Below are positions 13,804 through 20,000 of a stretch of 20,000 bases of DNA, in pieces. How positions within the stretch are numbered: the first letter of the stretch is position 1; each line of letters begins with the position of its first letter. Under the pieces are notes generated by a model, which saw only the letters and a list, made by a program, of their open reading frames with translations, was not told the origin of the DNA and made no database searches. The position numbers and the translations under genes were made by a program. Source of the stretch: an uncultured virus (IMG/VR IMGVR_UViG_3300045953_000290) (taxonomy: Duplodnaviria > Heunggongvirae > Uroviricota > Caudoviricetes); IMG/VR virus record IMGVR_UViG_3300045953_000290, one strand, 5' to 3'.

Positions 13804-15024
13804 ATGCCGAACACCTTACTGACGATAAGCCTCGTGACCCGCCGGGCCCTCGCCATACTCCGCAACAATTTGAAGATGGCGAGCCAGGTCAACCGGCAGT
13901 ATGACAGTCAATTCGCGCAGGCGGGCGGGAAGGTGGGAGCGACCATCAATATCCGCGTGCCAGCGCGCTTTACCGTCCAGAACGGCCCGAGCGTGACCCC
14001 GCAGGATTATATCGAGACCTCGACGCCGCTCACTATCCAGTGGCAACCCGTGGTCCCGGTGCAATTCACCAGTGCCGAACGCGCCCTGTCCCTCGACGAT
14101 TACAGCCAGCGGGTGCTGGAGCCGGCCATTGCGACGCTGGCCAACGACGTGGACCGGAAAGTGCTCGAACTCTATAGCAGCGTGTGGAACTCGGTGATGG
14201 TGGACACCACCAGTACGGACACGCTCTTTCAATCCTATATGAACGCCGGGGCGCTGCTCGATGAGAGCGCCGCGCCGCGCGATCGCTTCCGCTCGGTGGT
14301 GATTGGCCCGCGCCAGCAGGCCAGTGCCGTCAGCGCCTTTAAGGGCTTGTTCCAGTCGAGCGAGCAAATTGCTAACCAGTACGAGACCGGCACGATGGGG
14401 CTCATGGGCGGCTGGCGCTGGTCGATGGATCAGAACGTGGTCGCGCACACGACCGGCCCCTATGGCGGCACGCCGCAGGTGGACGGCGCCACCCAGACCG
14501 GCGCGACGCTCTTGACCAAGGGCTGGACCGCGGCCGCCGCGTTGCGGGTTAAAAAGGGCGACGTCTTCACCATCGCCGGCGTCTATAGCGTCAATCCGCA
14601 GAACAAGCAATCGACCGGCCAGTTGCAACAGTTCGTGGCCACGGCCAACGCGAGTTCGGGGGCGACGGGCCTGGCGTCCATTGCCATCCAGCCCTCCATC
14701 ACCGTGACTGGACCGTACCAGACGGTCTCCAATAGCCCGGCGGATAGCGCGCCGATTACCATGCTGGGGACGGCCAGCACGGCCTATGTGCAGGGGCTGG
14801 CGTTCCACCGCGATGCCTTTACGTTGGCCACGGTGGACCTGGATTTGCCGTCGCAGAGCGCGGAGGCCAGCCGCGCCACGGATGACCAGCTCGGGGTGAG
14901 TCTGCGCATCACGCGGCAGTGGGCGGCCTTAAGCGATCAGTGGATTACCCGCTGCGAACTCCTCCATGGGGAGAGCGCCTGCAGGCCTGAGTGGGCCGTG
15001 CGGATGTGGCAGGCCCTGGTGTAG
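13804..15024 (+). CDS. Major capsid (coat) protein, P22 gp5 family
   Basis: MPNTLLT..VTR.AL.IL.NNL, KVG.TI.IR.P, L.PA...LAN.VD, KGDVFTIAGV..VNP, LAFHRDAFTLAT.DL..P motifs. Confidence 0.93.
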   Translation: MPNTLLTISLVTRRALAILRNNLKMASQVNRQYDSQFAQAGGKVGATINIRVPARFTVQNGPSVTPQDYIETSTPLTIQWQPVVPVQFTSAERALSLDDYSQRVLEPAIATLANDVDRKVLELYSSVWNSVMVDTTSTDTLFQSYMNAGALLDESAAPRDRFRSVVIGPRQQASAVSAFKGLFQSSEQIANQYETGTMGLMGGWRWSMDQNVVAHTTGPYGGTPQVDGATQTGATLLTKGWTAAAALRVKKGDVFTIAGVYSVNPQNKQSTGQLQQFVATANASSGATGLASIAIQPSITVTGPYQTVSNSPADSAPITMLGTASTAYVQGLAFHRDAFTLATVDLDLPSQSAEASRATDDQLGVSLRITRQWAALSDQWITRCELLHGESACRPEWAVRMWQALV

Positions 15025-15069
15025 GGAGATCTGAGGCGGGAGGAGCGCTCCCGCCCATGGAGACGTCTC

Positions 15070-15369
15070 ATGCCCGACTATCCGTCGTCCTATCCGTCCT
15101 ATCGTTTCTACGCCGATGGCCGCCAGGTCGTCGTCCAGAACCAGGCCGAGTGTGACGCCCTGGCGCCGGGGCATGCTGGGAGTCCCGCCGGTCCCTTCCC
15201 CGAGGCCGAGGACCTCTCCGAGGCGAGCGGGCTCCCCGCCGAGGCGCCGCAGGAGGAGACCCGCGCACAGGCCCGGGCGATGCGGGAGAGTGGCAGCACG
15301 CAGCGCGAGATTGCCGAGGCGCTGGGGGTGTCAACGACCACCGTGCGGCGCTTGCTGGGAGAGCCATGA
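15070..15369 (+). CDS. Post-capsid small protein with C-terminal HTH
   Basis: ARAMRESGSTQREIAEALGVSTTTVRRLL at the C-terminus; RBS GGAG. Confidence 0.75.
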   Translation: MPDYPSSYPSYRFYADGRQVVVQNQAECDALAPGHAGSPAGPFPEAEDLSEASGLPAEAPQEETRAQARAMRESGSTQREIAEALGVSTTTVRRLLGEP

Positions 15370-15370
15370 C

Positions 15371-16099
15371 ATGCCCACCACCGCCCGCGCCCTCATCGCG
15401 TCGACGTTGCGCCTGCTGGGCGTGCTGGCCTCGAACGAGCCGCCGACCGCCGAGGAAGCCTTCGATGCCTTGCAGACGCTCAATCAGCTCGTGGACTCGT
15501 GGAGCAATGAGCGGCTCACCATCTACGCCATCCAGCGCCTGGACGTGCCCTTGATCGTCGGGCAGGCGCTGTATACCTGGGGGGTGCCAGGCGGCATGAT
15601 CGCCCAGCCGCGCCCGCTGCAGGTGGAGGGCGCCGTGCTCTCCCTCACCGGGCAGGACATGGAATGGCCGCTCACCGCATCCAGCCAGGCGGAGTATCAA
15701 GCGCTGGCGCAGAAGGGCCTGAGCAGCCTCTACCCGCAGCTCTGGCAGTACACCCCGACGTACCCGCTGGGGGAGTTGCGGGTGTGGCCGGTGCCGCAGG
15801 AGGCACACGTCCTGGGGCTATTCCCGTGGGTGCCTTTGAGGCGGTTTGCGTCACTCGATACGGAGCTGACGTTTCCGCCGGGGTATGAGCGAGCGTTACG
15901 CTTCGGCCTGGCGCTCGATCTCGCGGTGGAGTATGGCCGCGAGGCGTCCACCGCACTCGTCGGGGCGTTTGCGCAGGCGTTTTCCGCGATCAAGCGCACC
16001 AATACGGTCGTGCCGACCCTGGGCCTGGACCCGGCGCTGAGCGGCCGGCAGGCCGGGGAGTGGGACGCCAGCAGCGGCCAGTATGTGTGGAGGCGGTGA
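15371..16099 (+). CDS. Head-to-tail adaptor, P22 gp4-like
   Basis: Start re-assigned to ATG 15371: MPTTARALIASTLRLLGVLA..E..TAEE..DAL..LN.LVDSW; P.GY..AL...LA..LA.EYG; synteny. Confidence 0.8.
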   Translation: MPTTARALIASTLRLLGVLASNEPPTAEEAFDALQTLNQLVDSWSNERLTIYAIQRLDVPLIVGQALYTWGVPGGMIAQPRPLQVEGAVLSLTGQDMEWPLTASSQAEYQALAQKGLSSLYPQLWQYTPTYPLGELRVWPVPQEAHVLGLFPWVPLRRFASLDTELTFPPGYERALRFGLALDLAVEYGREASTALVGAFAQAFSAIKRTNTVVPTLGLDPALSGRQAGEWDASSGQYVWRR

Positions 16100-17532
16100 T
16101 GGAGTTTCCTTTCTGCGGGCCATCATATCGCTCACGAAGCCTGGACGTCAGTCCAGACAGAACCATCAATCTGTTCACCGAGGTCTGCGCCAGCGGCGTG
16201 AGTCCCCCGACGCTGGCCCTGTACGGCATCCCGGGCTTGCGGCGGCGCGCGCCGGCGGCGGCGGGGCCGATTCGCGGCCTGTATACCTCGACCACCGGGC
16301 GCGTCTTCGTCGTGGCCGGGCCGACCCTGTACGAACTGTTCAGCGCCGGGCCCCTGGTGGCGCGTGGCACGCTGCGCTCCAGCACCGGCATCGTCTCCCT
16401 GGCCGATAATGGCCTCCTGCTGGCCCTCGTCGATGGCACCCAGGGGTATGGCCTGACCCTGGCGACGAACGCCTTCAGCGCCACGGAAGACCCCGATTTT
16501 CGCCCCGGCCGCACCCTCGGCTTTTTGGACGGCCGCTTCGTCTGGGACGTGGCCGGCACCGGGCAGTACCAGTGGAGCGAGCTGTACAGTCCGAGTGTCG
16601 ACAGTCTCGCGTTTGCCACCGCCGAAGCCCGCGCCGATCCGCTCGTCGGGCTGCTCGTCGATCACCGCGAGCTGTGGCTCTTTGGCACGCAGACGACCGA
16701 AGTGCTCTACTCGACCGGCGATCCCTTCACGCCCTTCCAGCGGCTGCCGGGCGGGCTGATCGAGGTGGGGAGTGTGGGGCCGTATGTGGCGCGCTCGCTC
16801 GATAACCAGGTGTTCTGGGTGACGAGCAGTCCACGCGGGCACGGCGCCGTGGTGCAGGCGCGGGGCTATCAGCCGCAGCGCATCTCGACGCCGCCGGTGG
16901 AGTGGGTCTTGAGCCAGTCGAAAAAGCTCCACGAGGCCGTCGGCATGACCTATGTGCAGGAAGGCCACAGTTGGTACGGCCTGTACGTGCCCGACCTGGA
17001 CACCTCGTGGTGGTATGATCTGACCACGCAGCACTGGGCGGAACGGGGCACGCTGTTTGCCAACAGTCTCCGGCTCCCGGAGCCGGACCCGGTGTGGTAT
17101 CCGTGGCGCCCATACCTGCACACGTTTGCCTTTGGGCAGCATCTGGTGGGCAGTTGGGAGGACGGCACGCTGTACACCATGGACCCGACCTGCTACACGG
17201 ACGACACGTATCCGCTGGTGCGCCAGCGCGTCATCCCGGTGCTGCGGCAGGAGCAGGAATGGCTGTTTGTCCAGCGGCTGCGCGTGCTCATGGAGACCGG
17301 GGTCGGCCTGGACGGCGGGGTGGTGCCAGGGAGTGACCCGCAGGTCATGCTGCGGCTCAGTCGAGACGCCGGCCACACCTGGGAGAATGCCCGCTGGGCG
17401 ACGGCGCACCGCCAGGGCCAGTATGGCCGGACGGTCGAGTGGCGGCGGCTGGGGAGGGCGCGGCAGCTCGTGGCGGAAGTGACCGTGAGTGATCCGGTGC
17501 CCGTGGCGTTTCTTGGCGCGTCGATTGCGTAG
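16099..17532 (+). CDS. Tail hub / packaged-DNA stabilisation protein, P22 gp10-like
   Basis: Start ATG 16099 (TGATG overlap); FATAE..AD.LV, LWLFG..TTEV, ETGVG, DPQVML..S.D.GHTW, WRRLG.AR motifs. Confidence 0.88.
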   Translation: MEFPFCGPSYRSRSLDVSPDRTINLFTEVCASGVSPPTLALYGIPGLRRRAPAAAGPIRGLYTSTTGRVFVVAGPTLYELFSAGPLVARGTLRSSTGIVSLADNGLLLALVDGTQGYGLTLATNAFSATEDPDFRPGRTLGFLDGRFVWDVAGTGQYQWSELYSPSVDSLAFATAEARADPLVGLLVDHRELWLFGTQTTEVLYSTGDPFTPFQRLPGGLIEVGSVGPYVARSLDNQVFWVTSSPRGHGAVVQARGYQPQRISTPPVEWVLSQSKKLHEAVGMTYVQEGHSWYGLYVPDLDTSWWYDLTTQHWAERGTLFANSLRLPEPDPVWYPWRPYLHTFAFGQHLVGSWEDGTLYTMDPTCYTDDTYPLVRQRVIPVLRQEQEWLFVQRLRVLMETGVGLDGGVVPGSDPQVMLRLSRDAGHTWENARWATAHRQGQYGRTVEWRRLGRARQLVAEVTVSDPVPVAFLGASIA

Positions 17533-17541
17533 GAGATCCTG

Positions 17542-18114
17542 ATGCCCACGACCTTAGCCCCGGTGCTCCTGCAAACCCCGGTGGTCGAGCGCGAGACCTT
17601 GCGCTTGACCCGTGGATGGCTCGCCTGGTTTCAACAGTCCTATGAACGGCAAGGGGGCCATGAATCCGCCACCAACACCGAGTTAGCGGGGGGCGTCCTG
17701 CTCAATGCCGGGCATATTACGCAGGTGGAAGACGATCTCGGCAGTACGAACACCACCGTGGCCGGGCTGGAAGCGGAACTCACGGCGCTCCAGGCGTCGT
17801 TCCTCCAGCTCGCCGCCGACGTCGAGGCCCTGACCGCGCGGGTGACGACGCTCGAAGGCCGGGTGGAGGCGTTGGAGACCAGCCAGAGCGACCAGGAGAC
17901 CCGGCTTGAGGCGCTGGAGGCTTGGCGTGCGGCGGTGGTGGCCGGCTTGCCGGCGGTGGTCAGCGTGACCGCGCTGCCGACGTTGACGGATGCCCCGGCG
18001 AGTGCGGATGCCCTCCGGGACAATCTCACCAGTGCCTGGGAAGGCGTGGTCGAGACGAATGATGCCGGGCTGGCCACGGCGGTCAATGCCGTGCGCGCGG
18101 CGTTGGCGGCCTAG
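17542..18114 (+). CDS. Tail needle-like coiled-coil protein, P22 gp26 position
   Basis: N-terminal LTRGWLAWF, long heptad repeat VEALTARVTTLEGRVEALET; directly after gp10-like gene. Confidence 0.7.
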   Translation: MPTTLAPVLLQTPVVERETLRLTRGWLAWFQQSYERQGGHESATNTELAGGVLLNAGHITQVEDDLGSTNTTVAGLEAELTALQASFLQLAADVEALTARVTTLEGRVEALETSQSDQETRLEALEAWRAAVVAGLPAVVSVTALPTLTDAPASADALRDNLTSAWEGVVETNDAGLATAVNAVRAALAA

Positions 18115-18137
18115 CCCACCGGCTGGCGCCGGTGGGT

Positions 18138-18222
18138 GTCATTGGTCATTGGTCCCTTGTCCTTTGCAAGGGACAAAGGACGAAGGACAAAGGACAACCG
18201 GCGAAGCCGGTGGACAAAGGAC
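18138..18222. repeat. Inverted arrays of heptamer repeats (STRR/REP-like)
   Basis: GTCATTG GTCATTG GTCCCTT GTCCTTT then AAGGGAC AAAGGAC GAAGGAC AAAGGAC, hairpin ACCGGC-GAA-GCCGGT, and a last AAAGGAC. Confidence 0.8.
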
Positions 18223-18223
18223 C

Positions 18224-18475
18224 ATGGTGCACATCTGGCACTTGCTGGAGCAGGCTGGCGTGCGCTGGAGTCGGAACGAGCGCGAGCGGCGGTTGTTTCA
18301 CGTGTGCGTGCAGGTCCAGGCGCGGCTGATCGAACGCTATCCAGACTATACCGTGCCGCAGGTGCATGTCGTGCCGGAAGCCCTGGTGGACGAGGTGAAG
18401 GAGATGCTGGATGAAGTACTTTTTGCAGTTGGCATCAGGCATTCACGTGCAGCCAGCGCTTTTATCCGTCTATAG
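18224..18475 (+). CDS. Hypothetical protein (83 aa)
   Basis: ATG 18224 preceded by AAAGGA from the repeat; overlaps the next gene by 65 bp. Confidence 0.5.
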   Translation: MVHIWHLLEQAGVRWSRNERERRLFHVCVQVQARLIERYPDYTVPQVHVVPEALVDEVKEMLDEVLFAVGIRHSRAASAFIRL

Positions 18476-18995
18476 ACAACCAGAGCTGTGGAATGCTTTG
18501 ACCTTTCGCACCGCCACCCCAGGCAGCCCGCATGCGGCCGCTGAGGATATTATCCTGCGCCTCGAGGCCCTCGATGGCAGCCTGCCGGAGCGCCAGTGCG
18601 TCTGGTATGAGGCCGCCTGGAAGCTCCCGGAAGTCCGCCAGCTCGTCATGGCCCTGTGTGCGCAGGTGGGGTGTGAGCAACTCGGACGCGTGATCATCTC
18701 ACGCCTCAAGCCGGGAGCCATCATTCCCAGACATAGCGATGTGGGGACGCATCCCCTCCAGTATTGCCGCTTCCGCTTCTGGGGACGCTATCATCTCGTG
18801 CTCCAGACCGATCCGGCGGCGGTCTTTACCTGTGAGGACGAGGTCGTCCACATGGCGGCGGGGGAGGTGTGGTATTTCCGCAATGACCGGGAGCATAGCG
18901 TCGAGTGGTTCGGGGACGGCCAGACCGAGCGCATCCATGTTATCTGCGACATTCACACCGCCAACGAACCCGATCGGGAGGAGGTCGCATGCTGA
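18411..18995 (+). CDS. Aspartyl/asparaginyl beta-hydroxylase-family Fe(II)/2-oxoglutarate oxygenase
   Basis: GRVIISRLKPGAIIPRHSD, RYHLVLQT, MAAGEVWYFRNDREHSV, RIHVICD give the HxD...H triad and 2OG-binding Arg; RBS AAGGAG. Confidence 0.88.
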   Translation: MKYFLQLASGIHVQPALLSVYRQPELWNALTFRTATPGSPHAAAEDIILRLEALDGSLPERQCVWYEAAWKLPEVRQLVMALCAQVGCEQLGRVIISRLKPGAIIPRHSDVGTHPLQYCRFRFWGRYHLVLQTDPAAVFTCEDEVVHMAAGEVWYFRNDREHSVEWFGDGQTERIHVICDIHTANEPDREEVAC

Positions 18996-19453
18996 CTTTC
19001 CAGCAGGAAGCGTGGCCCGCCTTTGCGGCCGAAGCCCGCCCGCTGTGGGATCTGCACTGGCAAGAGATCGCGCTGGACCAGGACGTGATCCCGCTGGTGC
19101 CCGACCACGCCGCCTATACGGCGCTCGACCAGGCCGACGTGTTGCACGTCGTGACGGCCCGGGCCGAGGGGCAGCTCGTGGGCTATGTGGTGGGCATCCT
19201 CAAGCCGCACCTGCACTATGCCACCACGCTGCATTACCACATGGACGTGCTCTGGCTGCATCCGCAATGGCGCCAGGGGCTGGCCGGCTACCGGCTGCTG
19301 CAGGCCGTGGAGCGCACCGTGCAGCAGCGCGTGGGGGGGATGGTCAAGATCCTGTTGGGGACGAAGCAGCATTATGATCTGAGCACGCTGTATGCCCGGC
19401 TGGGCTACACGGAGATCGAGCGCACCTGGGCCAAGGTGCTCAAAGGAGACTAA
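18989..19453 (+). CDS. GNAT-fold N-acyltransferase-like protein (P22 gp14 position)
   Basis: DVLWLHPQWRQGLAGYRLL (acyl-CoA motif A) and LYARLGY; ATG 18989 after GGAGGAGG, overlapping the hydroxylase stop. Confidence 0.82.
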   Translation: MLTFQQEAWPAFAAEARPLWDLHWQEIALDQDVIPLVPDHAAYTALDQADVLHVVTARAEGQLVGYVVGILKPHLHYATTLHYHMDVLWLHPQWRQGLAGYRLLQAVERTVQQRVGGMVKILLGTKQHYDLSTLYARLGYTEIERTWAKVLKGD

Positions 19454-19456
19454 GCG

Positions 19457-20000
19457 ATGGTTGTGGCAGCGGCGGCAGTGGCAGCGGCGGCAACGATTGG
19501 CACCGCCGCGATCAGTTCCGCCAGTCAATCAAAAGCCTCCAGGGAGGCCTCGCAGACCCAGGCCGCCGCCTCGGACGCGGCGGTGCAACTCCAGCGCGAA
19601 CAATTCGAGCAGACCCGCGCCGACCTGGCGCCGTGGCGCGAAGCCGGGGCATGGGCCCTGCCGCGCTTGCAACAGATGATTCGGCAGGGGCCCGGGCAGC
19701 CGTTTCAGGCGCCGCGCGGGCTCGATCCCCGGCAGTACACCTTCGTGCCCCCGACCGCCGCGACGCTCCAACAGGACCCCGGCTTCCAGTTCCGGCTCCA
19801 GACGGGGATGCAAGCCCTGGAAGGCACCGCCGCGGCGCGCGGCGGGCTGCTCAGTGGCGGGGCCCTGCGCGGCGCGCTGGACCTCGGCCAGCAGATGGGC
19901 AGCCAGGAGTACGGCGCGGCATACGGGCGCGCCCTGGGACAGAATGAACTGCGCTATGGCCGGGCGCTGACGGCCAATCAGGATCAGTACAACCGCGCCT
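19457..20000 (+). CDS. DNA ejection/transfer protein, P22 gp7-like, truncated by the window edge
   Basis: Not in the ORF track. ATG 19457 after AAAGGAG: MVVAAAAVAAAATIG...QLQREQFEQTRADLAPWREAG...DPGFQFRLQTG..AL...AAARGGLLSG..L...GQ...SQEY; open to the end. Confidence 0.82.
   Translation, partial: MVVAAAAVAAAATIGTAAISSASQSKASREASQTQAAASDAAVQLQREQFEQTRADLAPWREAGAWALPRLQQMIRQGPGQPFQAPRGLDPRQYTFVPPTAATLQQDPGFQFRLQTGMQALEGTAAARGGLLSGGALRGALDLGQQMGSQEYGAAYGRALGQNELRYGRALTANQDQYNRA

Larger units (their letters stand above)
1..20000. mobile_element. Temperate P22-like (podovirus morphology) phage genome segment
   Basis: Integrase, immunity, replication, packaging, head and short-tail genes with no host genes in the window. 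Confidence 0.95.

Noticed and set aside
15116..15370. N-terminal extension of the gp4-like ORF
   Set aside because: Overlaps the HTH gene; the family-typical start is MPTTAR at 15371.
7668..17409. Long antisense ORFs (7668-8861, 11125-12378, 13816-14808, 16132-17409)
   Set aside because: Antisense shadows of terminase, portal, coat and hub genes caused by GC3 bias.
18115..18223. Hairpins as part of a diversity-generating retroelement
   Set aside because: No reverse transcriptase and no template/variable repeat pair in the window.
18411..18475. Programmed frameshift fusing the 83-aa ORF to the hydroxylase
   Set aside because: No canonical slippery heptamer, and the hydroxylase has its own RBS and ATG.

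Overview
The whole window is GC-rich temperate phage DNA; no host genes, rRNA, tRNA or CRISPR array are visible. Left to right: (1) a leftward replication module (helicase-loader-like gene, HTH replication initiator with four internal 21-bp iterons, HNH endonuclease, XRE regulator, excisionase-like HTH); (2) a cro/cI-type switch with four GTCG-N7-CGAC operators; (3) a non-coding segment with paired arm-type repeats that looks like an intact attP, then a tyrosine integrase; (4) a leftward operon of eight small unknown genes (micro membrane proteins, Zn-finger proteins) under a near-consensus sigma70 promoter, divergent from a second XRE regulator with its own operator; (5) a P22-like podovirus morphogenesis module (terminase small and large, portal, scaffold, coat, gp4-like adaptor, gp10-like hub, gp26-like needle, gp7-like ejection protein running off the end). 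The most unusual elements are an AspH-type Fe(II)/2-oxoglutarate hydroxylase coupled to a GNAT-fold gene inside the tail/ejection module and preceded by a heptamer-repeat palindrome, the second regulatory switch, and a promoter-hairpin-terminator leader in front of the scaffold/coat genes. All family calls come from motif recognition and synteny by eye; no searches were run.
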